Assembly: GCF_022045235.1 (NCBI RefSeq)
Contig: NW_027266308.1
Coordinates: forward strand, 37,076,001-37,140,000
DNA from: Haliotis cracherodii
Taxonomy: Eukaryota
Direction of reading: 5' to 3'
DNA: 64,000 nt
Below the pieces are notes generated by a model. The model had not been told where the DNA came from. It saw only the letters and a program-made list of their open reading frames with translations, and searched no databases. This document shows, one piece after another, positions 39,817 to 51,783 of the stretch. The first letter of the stretch is position 1, and every line of letters starts with the position of its first letter. A program made the position numbers and the translations under genes.

Positions 39817-42132
39817 GAGATACCCAGTGGGCTAGCACTATAAAATCGTCGTTAGTCCGGACTAGTACGAGCAGCCACACTCACACACACACTTGCATGC
39901 ACGTCACTATATAAGTGCAATAATCTTGGAGGTCACGTTAAACCCCATTTCACCTCACCTCGATGTGTCCCAGAGCACCATCTCCAGACCTTCGTATCGT
40001 TATAAACAGCATGATATGAAATAGGACCCTGTGATACAAGTGAGTGGGTGAGTTGGTTTTACACCGCTTTTAGCAATATTCCAGCAATATCACGGCGGGG
40101 GACACCAGAAATGGGCTTCACACATTGTACCCATGTCGGGATTCGAACCCGGGTCTTCGGCGTGACGAGCGAACGCTTTAACCACTAGGCTACCCGACCG
40201 CCCCTCTTGTGATACAACGGCAGCGCAGGACTGCTTCATGCGACTACGTCATGACAAAGGTGTACAACATCATCATCTGCAGCAATTCCAGGACTGCGGA
40301 AGATGTCTGACCAGACTGTACGGTACTGCATTAACCAGGCGGGTCCCAGACGGCCTGTCAGACAACGTTGGACAGAGTATATTTAGTTTGTTTGTTTGTT
40401 GTTTAACGTCACGCTCAGCAATATTCCAGCTGTATGACGGCGCCCTATATATAAAATGCAGTTGAGACCAGACAATCCAGTGATTGGCATCATGAGCCAC
40501 GATCCATGCCGTCGGTGTTCTATGGCACACTATCAACCAAGACTCCGAGCTTAACCTCCCGATCCATGAAGTCGCTTCTAACGACCATCATACGTTGCCG
40601 GAGAACGATCCTTGTCCCAACGGGCGCATGAGTAAGTAATAATAATTACACGATTCAGAATGATTTTTTTTAGCTTGAGTCACATATGTGTGTGCCTCAC
40701 TGATGCCTCTAAAATTTGATCACAAAATGCGGATCCGATTTTTAAACATGTCCGCCTGGGCAGCCATGTTGGAATCAAGCCTGTCTAGTTGTACTGCATA
40801 TTCGACATCTCAGACACTTCCGGCTCTTTTAACTTTGTGATCTCAGCAATGTTGTATCCAAAAGATGCTCACAGAACATTGATCGATCTGAATTCTCTCA
40901 TTGGAAATGTGATATTCACCCAGTGTGTCATTTGTTTCACTGTGCAATTTAATGAATATTATGTGGTGATGTTTGTTTAGCAGAGACAGATATCTGCATA
41001 TCCTTAATCCAGTGGTCTAAGGCGCTGCGATTCGCTGTGCAGAGTTGCGTCCCTTATTCGTAGTTCTCGGTATGCAGATCGTGGGTTCCAATCCCATCCA
41101 CATTCACTTCGACATTGATTCGTGGTGTGATCCCTGATCGTGGGTTTTAATTGGTAGCGGACATTAAATTGAAATTTGAATGGCGCCAGAAACTTTACAT
41201 TGTAATTTTAAAAGACACACAATACTATATCTACCTAGCACAGTACCTGTCTTCTTTAAACAGCTTAAGAGCGGTCGGGTAGCCTAGTGGTTAAAGCGTT
41301 CGCTTGTCACGCCTAACACCCGGGTTCGATTCCTGACATGGGTACAATGTGTGAAGCCTATTTCTGGTGTCCCCCGCCGTGATATTGCTGGAATATTGCT
41401 AAAAGCGGCGTAAAACCATACTCACTCACGCACACTCCTTAAACAGCTTAACTCTTCTAGACTCGAATGTTTTGTCAAATCAAAATATTAATGGGGTATT
41501 TGCTTTTAGCAGCGCTTTTTTATGATTATGGAAATAGTTTCCGCGCTTATGTTTTATTATTGTTTTTTTTCTAGTGGTCTCACCTTTGACTTAAGTTCCA
41601 ATCCTACCTGTATTCACACGATTTCAAGTGAGTATTTTGACATAATCTGGTTGCAAAAATAGGGCATGGTCTACATATTCTAGTACACTGACTAGATAAC
41701 GGATTATCACTCAACCACCGAGTTATGGGCTGATAAGGACTAAGTACGGGACAAAAGCGGACTTGACCTTACACACAGACGAATGACCCTTCCATTTACC
41801 AACCTGGAATTAACCTTCGCATCATACGAGAACAGACTCGTCCACTTTTATAGGGGGTTTGGGCATGACACACACGGCTTTCGGCTTTTGACCCAGTATC
41901 GTGGCCCCTATAACAAAGGCATATACAGGAATGATTCCAATACCTTCATAATTAAATTCAGTCTACCAACGTGTTGCATCTGTTGAATAATATTCTCCTA
42001 CGAATGCTTATTACCCCAGAAATGTGGACCATGCCAAACGACTGCGTGTTCCGGCCGTTCCTTTTAATGTCGGACTGGCCGGTTGATGCAACATTGTAGT
42101 ATTTGATCATTTTAAATTTGTAACAGCTAACC

Positions 42133-44799
42133 ATGCTTCGCGCTTGTGTGTTATGCGTGATTGTCGCCGTGGCCCTTGCCGATCCGGTTCCTGACTTCAA
42201 AGATTGTGGTAAGCTTTGGCAATACCATACCTTGATTTCCATCAACTTGTGGATCTAATATGATACATTGGCTGTACTCAATATATCCATCCCAGCTGTG
42301 TGCTCATGTAAATCTGAAGCATTCAACGGCAATGGATAAATATTATAGGAGACTAAGCAAATTGGCGGTCAAACTAGTTTGATATCAGTGGTTAAAAAGC
42401 GCACTTATTTTGGCTACCCAATTCTATGATTTATGAAATGGTTTATCAAGCTATGAATAGTCAATGCCTTTCGGGATTTTTTTTCCATCCGGGATTCGAA
42501 CTCACACTCTCAGAATAAGGCACCTAGTAATCACCAGCACGCAAAGTCAGCAACCTAACCCGCTCAGCCCCATTGCAGCTGGTAGTCTAGATCACGTACT
42601 TTGTGTACCCCTCTGTGTGAACTGACATAGCCGAAGCTATGAATAGACGATGCCTCACCCGGATGGGACTCCACCCAATACTAGAATTTGTACCTAACTA
42701 AGAAAGTGAAGTCCCAAATACAACATATGGTATATCAATCTAGCTGAGACAAAGCCTAACTTTCACATATCACGGCTCACAGCCCCCTTACAACACAGCT
42801 GACCACATGCTTATTTAGATAAATTGTCGGTCTTCCTCATGAAGCTCCGGGGTAAAGGGTCTTGCCGTAAAAGGTGACTATGCCTGTCGTAAGAGGCGAC
42901 AACGCGATCGGGTAGTCAGGCTCGCTGACTTGGTTGATGCATGTCATCGATCCCAATTGCGTGGATCGATGCTCATGATATTAATCACTGGATTGTCTGG
43001 TCCAGACTCGATTATTTACAGACCGCTGTCACATAGTTGGAATATTGCTGAGTGTGGCGTTAAACAACAAACCAACCAATCATTCAAACCGTTCCTGTTT
43101 CGATTGGGCCTTTATGATTCAGTGTATGTTGCAGGTTCTGTCAGCGGAAAGATCAACACCCTTGACATCACGCCATGTCCCTCCTTCCCTTGCCAGTTCC
43201 CCAAGGGCAAGAACGTCACCGTCTCCATCACCATGACAGCGAGTACGTTGACAAGCTGACTCCTTCCCAGAGGGTCATTGTAGCTCATTCAGTTATCCGA
43301 GACGCCACATTTTGCTTTGCAGAGTTGTGTCCCTTAGACTCGCCCAAATACCTATGATCGTGGGGTCTGATTATGTATCTTGTGTTTGTCAGCACATATA
43401 TTTGCACGTGGTTTTCACCAAAAGGATAAACGCCAAAGGCTTGCTTTCCTCCCACATCAAGCTGACACGCCGTGGAATAACTGGAATACTGTTCAAGGCG
43501 GCTTTAAACCCAATTCTCGCAATTAGACCCTGAAGTGAGTGAGTGAGTTGGGTATAACACCGCGTTTAACATAATTCAAATTATATCACGGCGTGTCAGC
43601 TTAATGTGGGAGGAAAGCCCGATATAATGCAGGTCTCAGACGTTTACCACTTAGGTGAAACCCACAGGTATGGTGCTGACAAACGAAGAAACATAATCGG
43701 GGCGGACCGGTATTCGAACCAACAATAATAGGTTTCTGGCGTGCCCAAGAGACGCAACTCTGCAGAGCGAATCGCGGCGCCTTAGATGACTGGGCCACCC
43801 GTGCCCCTGTTAACAAACAAACGGTTACATGGTATTTTATGTAATACAAAGGGGCCCTAAGTATCTCTTCAGTTTAAAAAAGCCCTGATGACATTCAAAC
43901 TTGCTAACCTACATACGCGGATACTGCGGAGGGGGTGGGATGGGCACGTATCCTTCATGTTAACGAATATACGGGGGGGGGGGGGGGGGGTCCGATTTAG
44001 CATATAAATAATATATACGCTCTTAAATCTCCGGGCAGGTGTGTAGCGTTATAGTCGTTATATAAATGTAAGTCCTGCCGTGGCATTGCTGCAATGTTGC
44101 AGTCACCCACTCACTCAATACCTCAACTGCATTCGCCACCGTGGTCAAGTGGACACAGCGAGAGCGGTAGGTCCGTGGTTCGATCTCATATGGGTGCAAT
44201 TATCTTGAACTTCCAATTTCACCTCACCTCTTTGCATTCAAAGCCTATCGATGACATCTATTATTCAGGTGCCCAGGTGACGACAGCCAAGACGGTAGTC
44301 CACGGCATCATTGCTGGCATCCTGACCCCCTTCCCCCTGGCCCAGCCGGACGCCTGTCAGGACATGACCTGCCCCGTCAACAGCGGCGTCGACGTGACCT
44401 ACAGCAACAACATCTTGGTGCAGGAAATCTACCCTAAGGTACACGATCGTCAGGGCAGAAATAACACCCGTGTATGTTATGTTTCACGTTATACCTCCCG
44501 AGACTGGTAATGTAGCGAACAGGCTCTGCACATTTCGCACAATGGCTTTTTTATGATGAAGCTCTTCATTTAAATCACGAATGAACATAATTTTCAATAT
44601 CTTGAAGTGTCACATGTGCTTGGTGTAAAAGATTAGATACACTGTGTTCTTCATGTTTGAATATCCGTCTTGAATTTTTATGATGTCATCGTACATGTGC
44701 CCGTTGTTGCAGATCCGCCTGGTGGTCAAGTGGGAGATCCAGGACCAATCTGGACAGGACTTCATCTGCTTCGAGGTTCCGGCGGAAATCACCGACTGA
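42133..44799 (+). CDS. NPC2: NPC2-like ML-domain protein, paralog C (sister of B)
   Basis: Exons 42133-42208 (MLRACVLCVIVAVALADPVPDFKDC), 43135-43242, 44269-44438 (SAQVTTAKTVVHGIIAGILTPFPLAQPDACQDMTCPV...VQEIYPK), 44713-44799 (IRLVVKWEIQDQSGQDFICFEVPAEITD*). GT-AG introns, intact frame. Confidence 0.93.
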
Positions 44800-45007
44800 A
44801 CGTGTGCAGTGTTCGGTACAGGAAATGCTTCAGGGTCGTAGAAACTGTTGTTTTCTCTGAATTTTGTTCAGAGTTGGTATCAATTGGTTCACTAACTGTG
44901 TGGGCTTCTGATACCAGTGGTTTCTGTATATTAAAACGTGTAGATGAGTGCGCCATTGTTGTTGTGGTATACATACTCACTCAAAGCTAGGATCTCTTTT
45001 CACAAAC

Positions 45008-45670
45008 CGATTGTAGCGCTACGATCACCGTAGCCCCGTCTGTTTAAATGTCTACTCACGATAGTTGTAGCGCTACGATCATCGTAACACCGTCTGTTTA
45101 AATGTCTACATACGACAGTTGTAGCGCTAAGATCATCGCAACACCGTCTGTATAAATGTCGACTTACGACAGTTGTAGCACTACAATCATCATAACATCA
45201 TCTGTTTAAATGTCGATTTACGACAGTTGTAGCGCTACGATCATCGTAGCCCCGTCTGTATAAATGTCGACGTACGACAGCTGTAGCTCTACGATCATCG
45301 CAACACCGTCTGTATAAATGTCGACGTACGACAGTTGTAGCGCTACGGTCATCGTAGCCCCGTCTGTTTGAATATCTGCTCACAATAGTTGTAGCACTAC
45401 GATCACCGTATCTCCGTCTGTTTAAATGTCTACTTACGGCAGTTGTAGCGCTACGATCATCATAACAACGTCTGTATAAATGTCGACGTACGACAGTTGT
45501 AGCACTACGATCACCGTATCTCCGTCTGTTTAAATGTCTACTTACGACAGTTGTAGCGCTACGATCATCATAACAACGTCTGTATAAATGTCGACGTACG
45601 ACAGTTGTAGCGCTACGATCATCGCAACACCGTCTGTTTAAATGTCTACTTACACAGTTGTAGAGCTAAG
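45008..45670. repeat. 54-bp internally palindromic tandem repeat (about 12 copies) downstream of NPC2-C
   Basis: Unit approximately TAGCGCTACGATCATCGTAACACCGTCTGTTTAAATGTCTACTTACGACAGTTG; period 54 (45061 to 45115). Confidence 0.93.
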
Positions 45671-45885
45671 ATGGGGACACAGGTGCGGTGTGCTCGTCAA
45701 GTCGAAGGATTCGATTCCAACATCGGTCACTGCAATAGTTGCAACCATTCACTGTATGCCATGGTATGAGTATCCAAAACATCGCGATGTGTATCGATAC
45801 ACATAGGTACACAGGTATAATCTTAAGGATGACGGTATGAAAATGGTATATCAAACACATTTCAGGACGGCTTAAACAAACGTCA

Positions 45886-45889
<4 letters not shown>

Positions 45890-45953
<64 letters not shown>
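45890..45953. repeat. (TA)n microsatellite
   Basis: About 32 perfect TA units. Confidence 0.95.
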
Positions 45954-45959
<6 letters not shown>

Positions 45960-46158
45960 AAAAATCACTCATGACCGTGTCTGTTGATGACCTAAACCAG
46001 TGCATATGGACGGCATATTTAAACGTTGTGAGGTGCCCATGCTAGGTGCAGCCGAGTTGTTGGACTAACATATAAGTACGTAGAAAGCAAATAAAATTAG
46101 GGGTAGGGTTATACGGCGAGAAGCCGGAGGTGAAAAGGAAATAAGTATAGCTGCTAGA

Positions 46159-46423
46159 TTGGTTGGTTGGTTTGTTGTTTAACGCCACACAATATTCCAA
46201 CTATATGACGGCGGTCTGTAAAAAATCGAGTCTGGACCAGACAATCCAGTGATTAATATCATGAGTATCGATCCACGCAATTGGGATCGATGACATGCAT
46301 CAACCAAGTCAGCGAGCCTGACTACTCGATCCCGTTTGTCGCCTTTTACGACAAGCATAGTCACCTTTTACGGCAAGCATGGGTTGCTGAAAACCTATTC
46401 TACCCCGGAATCTTCATGGGTCC
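46159..46423 (-). mobile_element. Non-tRNA short retroposon, family F2 (~270 bp; about 20 copies in the window)
   Basis: Consensus head CCCGTGAAGATCCGGGGTAGAATAGGTCTTCAGCAACCCATGCTTG...GTCGTAAGAGGCGACTAA; tail GCTGGAATATTGCTGAGTGCGGCGTTAAAC+(AAAC)n. This copy has TSD TATAGCTGCTAGA. Other approximate copies: 905-1165, 3461-3710, 6388-6565, 7040-7250, 12555-12797, 17035-17250(-), 18015-18165, 21355-21593, 28455-28708(-), 31745-31990, 33762-34009, 34767-35030, 40386-40600(-), 42838-43080, 51416-51600(-), 52138-52345(-), 56610-56830(-), 59414-59550(-), 63128-63250. Confidence 0.85.
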
Positions 46424-46729
46424 TTTATATAGCTGCTAGAGCTGAGAATATGATGACTGCAGCTCATCGATCTGAGAAGAGGGTATGTTTAACTGCTAGA
46501 GCTGAGAGGGGGTATCTATAGCTTCTAGAGTTCATAAGAGGAGAAATATAGCTCCAAGACCTGAAAAGGAAATAAGTATAGTTGCTAGAGCTGAGAATAT
46601 CATGACTACAGCTCATCAAGCTGAGAAGGGGATAAGTATAACTGCTACAGCTGAGAAGGGGGTATCTTCAGCTTCTAGAGTTCAGAAGAGGAGAAATATA
46701 GCTCCTATAGTTGAAAAGGAAATAAGTAT

Positions 46730-49376
46730 TGCTGCTAGAGCTGAGAGATGAGTAGAGCTGAGAGATGGGTATAGGTGCTAGAGTTGAGAGATGGGTATAG
46801 CTGCTAGAGCTGAGAGATGGGTATAGCTGCTAGAGCTGAGAGATGGGTATAGGTGCTAGAGCTGATGGATGGGTAGAGCTGCTAGAGCTGAGGGATGGGT
46901 ATAGGTGCTAGAGCTGATGGATGGGCATAGCTGCTAGAGCTGAGAGATGGGTATAGGTGCTAGAGCTGAGAGATGAGTAGAGCTGCTAGAGCTGATAGAT
47001 GGGTATAGGTGCTAGAGTTGAGAGATGGGTAGAGCTGCTAGAGCTGAGAGATGGGTATAGGTGCTAGAGCTGATGGATGGGCATAGCTGCTAGAGCTGAG
47101 AGATGGGTATAGGTGCTAGAGCTGAGAGATGAGTAGAGCTGCTAGAGCTGATAGATGGGTATAGGTGCTAGAGTTGAGAGATGGGTAGAGCTGCTAGAGC
47201 TGAGGGATTGGTAGAGCTGAGAGATGGGTATAGGTGCTAGAGCTAAGAGATGAGTAGAGCTGAGAGATGGGTATAGGTGCTAGAGTTGAGAGATGAGTAT
47301 AGCTGCTAGAGCTGAGGGATGGGTAGAGCTGCTAGAGCTGAGAGATGGGTAGAGCTGCTAGAGCTGAGAGATGGGTATAGCTGCTAGAGCTGAGAGATGG
47401 GTATAGGTGCTAGAGTTGAGAGATGGGTAGAGCTGCTAGAGTTGAGAGATGGGTAGAGCTGCTAGAGCTGAGGGATTGGTAGAGCTGAGAGATGGGTATA
47501 GGTGCTAGAGCTAAGAGATGGGTAGAGCTGAGAGATGGGTATTGCTGCTAGAGCTGAGAGATGAGTAGAGCTGAGAGATGGGTATAGCTGCTAGAGCTGA
47601 GAGATGGGTAGAGCTGAGAGATGGGTATTGCTGCTAGAGCTGAGAGATGAGTAGAGCTGAGAGATGGGTATAGCTGCTAGAGCTGAGAGATGAGTAGAGC
47701 TGCTAGAGCTGAGGGATGGGTAGAGCTGCTAGAGCTGAGAGATGAGTATAGCTGCTAGAGCTGAGAGATGAGTATAGCTGCTAGAGCTGAGAGATGGGTA
47801 TAGCTGCTAGAGCTGAGAGATGGGCATAGCTGCTAGAGCTGAGGGATGAGTAGAGCTGCTAGAGCTGAGAGATGAGTATAGCTGCTAGAGCTGAGAGATG
47901 GGTATAGGTGCTAGAGCTGAGAGATGGGTATAGCTGCTAGAGCTGAGAGATGGGTATAGCTGCTAGAGTTGAGAGATGGGTAGAGCTGCTAGAGCTGAGG
48001 GATTGGTAGAGCTGAGAGATGGGTATAGGTGCTAGAGCTAAGAGATGGGTAGAGCTGAGAGATGGGTATTGCTGCTAGAGCTGAGAGATGAGTAGAGCTG
48101 AGAGATGGGTATAGCTGCTAGAGCTGAAAGATGAGTATAGCTGCTAGAGCTGAGGGATGGGTAGAGCTGCTAGAGCTGAGAGATGAGTATAGCTGCTAGA
48201 GCTGAGAGATGAGTAGAGCTGCTAGAGCTGAGAGATGGGTAGAGCTGCTAGAGCTGAGAGATGGGTATAGCTGCTAGAGCTGAGAGATGGGCATAGCTGC
48301 TAGAGCTGAGGGATGAGTAGAGCTGCTAGAGCTGAGAGATGAGTATAGCTGCTAGAGTTGAGAGATGGGTATAGGTGCTAGAGCTGAGAGATGGGTATAG
48401 GTGCTAGAGCTGAGAGATGGGTATAGCTGCTAGAGCTGAGAGATGGGTATAGCTGCTAGAGCTGAGAGATGAGTAGAGCTGAGAGATGGGTAGAGCTGAG
48501 AGATGAGTATAGGTGCTAGAGCTGAGAGATGAGTATAGGTGCTAGAGCTGAGAGATGGGTATAGCTGCTAGAGCTGAGAGATGGCATAGCTGCTAGAGCT
48601 GAGAGATGAGTATAGGTGCTAGAGCTGAGGGATGAGTATAGCTGCTAGAGCTGAGGGATGATTATAGCTGCTAAAGCTGAGAGATGGGTATAGCTGCTAG
48701 AGCTGAGAGATGGGTATAGGTGCTAGAGCTGAGAGATGAGTATAGGTGCTAGAGCTGAGAGATGAGTATAGCTGCTAGAGCTGAGAGATGGGTAGAGCTG
48801 CTAGAGCTGAGAGATGGGTAGAGCTGAGAGATGGGTAGAGCTGCTAGAGCTGAGAGATGGGTAGAGCTGAGAGATGGGTAGAGCTGCTAGAGCTGAGAGA
48901 TGAGTATAGCTGCTAGAGCTGAGGGATGAGTATAGGTGCTAGAGCTGAGAGATGAGTATAGCTGCTAGAGCTGAGAGATGGGTAGAGCTGCTAGAGCTGA
49001 GAGATGGGTAGAGCTGCTAGAGCTGAGAGATGAGTATAGCTGCTAGAGCTGAGAGATGGGTATAGCTGCTAGAGCTGAGAGATGAGTATAGCTGCTAGAG
49101 CTGAGGGATGAGTATAGGTGCTAGAGCTGAGAGATGAGTATAGCTGCTAGAGCTGAGGGATGAGTATAGCTGCTAGAGCTGAGAGATGGGTATAGGTGCT
49201 AGAGCTGAGGGATGAGTATAGCTGCTAGAGCTGAGAGATGGGTATAGGTGCTAGAGCTGAGAGATGGCATAGCTGCTAGAGCTGAGAGATGAGTATAGCT
49301 GCTAGAGCTGAGGGATGAGTATAGCTGCTAGAGCTGAGGGATGAGTATAGCTGCTAGAGCTGAGAGATGGGTATAG
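46730..49376. repeat. 26-bp minisatellite (~2.6 kb) with 17-bp deletion variants
   Basis: Unit AGCTGCTAGAGCTGAGAGATGGGTAT; preceded at about 46130-46740 by two ~140-bp higher-order units made of diverged monomers. Confidence 0.95.
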
Positions 49377-49602
49377 ATGGGTCATATATACAGGTCCCAT
49401 CAAACATGACGTTGAACGTCCTCAAGTGAACTGACATCATCAAAATCCGAATAAATAGTCGCAAAATATATTTTGCGAGGGTTTTGTTTTTGGATTGCGC
49501 ATTTTCCAACCTCGATGAGTGAACCTCGATCCCTGGTCGAATGTCCATCAGTTGTATCTCAGTAATTGTACCATGCGCCATATGACCCCAAAAACAATAC
49601 CC

Positions 49603-51635
49603 TACTGTTAAAGAAGTAGGCGACACTCGGAAATAACTTAAAATTTCTAAAATTGTAAGAGAGTGAGTTGGTTTTAATGCCGCCTTGAACAGTATTCCAG
49701 TTATATCACGGCGTGACAGCTTAATGTGGGAGGAAAGCCCGAAGTGACGCAGATCTCAGACCTTTACCTCTTTGGTGAAACCCACAAGCACGGGTATGAT
49801 GATGACAGACCTAGAAACATAATCGGGGTGAACCGGGATTCGAACCTACAACCATGGATTTCTTGCATGCCCAGGGGACCCAACCCTGCACGGCGAGTTG
49901 CGGCGCCTTAGACGACGACGCCTACCATGCTCCCCGCCGCCGCCCGTCCTAATTGTAAGAAATATTAGTTTATAGTAAAAGAAGATAATAATGGACGAAT
50001 GAGGAACACGTTACAATCGGTAGTGAAGTATGACAGTAAATGTTATGACTGCCACCGATCTTGAAGGACGATAGGGGTAAGATGGGGAATTTCAAAGTTG
50101 ACGTTTTAGGATCAGTAGTGCTTAATACCGTCACGATTTGTCAACTATTCATTCACGCGACGAGGCATACTGCGTATGAGTCTCTCAACGGCGATTTGAG
50201 TCTGTCCCACTCACCATGCAGCGCCTGGCGAAGTTCAACCAGCGTGGTCGGAGGCATATGACGTTGAGGCACACGTCTCCCTATCATGGCCCATGATCCC
50301 TATCACGTGTTAAATGGGGAAAAGGTCTGGGTTCATTGCTGGCCATGGCATTTCTATGGATGTTGTGCTGCTGTGAGCAATGACGATTCATGCACGGTGA
50401 GCACGGGCGTTGTCGTCCTGAAAGCGAGAAATATAAACGTCAACACACACGGCTTGCATGCAAAATTTAAGGGTGTTAGTATGTTGTCCCGATAGTACTG
50501 TCCAGTGACCCTTCTTTGCACAATATTGTGTGGGGCTCGCTCAGTCACAGTGATGCCATCCCACGCCATGACCGATCAAGCGCCATATCTGTCACACGGT
50601 CTCAGGTTAATGTTGGGTTGACGTTCATTTCGACGTCGCCAAATACAACCATGACTATCAAGGAAGTGCAAATTGAATCGGGTCTCATCTGAAAACATGA
50701 CATGTGACCAGTGCCCGGTACCCCAGTTTCGACGTTGTGTACACCATTGACGTCTGTTGGCAACATGACGATTTGTAAGGAGTGGCTCAACACGTGGCCT
50801 TTGAGAATGGAGATGATCTAAATGTAGACGATTTCCAATCGTCGGACCCGTAACTCGTACTCCAGAAGCTTGAAGAAATTTGAAGCAGTTTCATTTGCCG
50901 TTTGAGGTCGATTTCGTAGAGGCTGGTTTCGGATCAATCCATCCTGTACTCTTCTCGTTGACCTGGGACGCCCTGAACGGGGTCGTTCATCTACATTTTG
51001 GGTTTGTTCATACCTGTTCCATAATCTGCAAATCACGGACAGTGAAACAGAGGACGTATTAGCCCTGCCCGCTGGCTTCTGTCGGGTTCCAGAGTGACAA
51101 CAGCCCATACAAGCACCGCGCGTTGCAGACGTCGAATCGCTAGTTCATACTGAAACAATAAATGAAATCAAGTAAATCACAACGCCAAGCAGAATCAATG
51201 ACATTGACAGAAATAATGTTACACAGAGATTAATCGACCTTTCTTGAAAGTGTCAAAATCACGAAAGACATCGAGCCACGTGTGTATCGCTACTGTGTGC
51301 GGCAAGTGCTCTAGCAAAATGTAGAATGTGTTTTGGTTCTACAGACATAAACGTGTTTTGGTTTTACAGACATAAACGCTCTTCCAGAGGACGTTTGTCA
51401 AAATGAATATTTCATGTTTGTTTGTTTGTTTATTTGTTTAACGCTGCACTCAGCAATATTACAGATATATGACGGCGGTCTGTAAATAATCGAGGCTGGA
51501 CCAGACAATCCAGTGATTGACACGATGATCATCGATGCACGCAATTGGCATACTATAACATGCATCAACCAAGTCAGCGAGCCTGACCACCCGATCCCGG
51601 CATATTTCACGATCCCCTACTATTTTTGAAGAGTA
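49603..51635 (-). mobile_element. Decayed Tc1-family transposon with nested SINEs F2 and F3
   Basis: Frameshifted transposase at about 50130-51150: RLWNRYEQTQNVDERPRSGRPR, VMFSDETRFNL, FQDDNARAH, WPAMNPDLFPI. Right end GATCCCCTACTATTTTTGAAGAGTA+TA; left end near 49603 is degenerate. Confidence 0.85.
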
Positions 51636-51783
51636 TATATAAGAAATAATGTGACCACATATACGTCAAAATGTGAAGGTCGATAAGAAGATAAGAGACC
51701 ATGGCTAGTGCGCTGACCAAGTTTGTATACTGACATAACCTCGTGGTTCAGGTGAAGTGTTGGACCTGACTCAACCCTTGAAC

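Larger units (their letters stand above)
37705..39960 (+). mobile_element. tRNA-headed SINE, family F4 (Meta-domain-like core), split by a ~1.9 kb insertion
   Basis: 5' half at about 37705-37910 (TGGTAGAGCG...GGTTCGATCC, AAAGATGGT..TTGTTGCT...GGCGTTCAGCATTAAG); 3' half at about 39820-39960 (GCTAGCACTATAAAA...CGTTAAACCCCATTTCACCTCACC). Related copies at about 21715-21910(-), 23905-24130(+) and 28345-28935(-). The Meta-domain assignment is from memory. Confidence 0.6.

Noticed and set aside
45008-45670. Regular palindromic repeats resembling a CRISPR array
   Set aside because: The intervening sequences are themselves repeated rather than unique spacers, there are no cas genes, and the context is eukaryotic.
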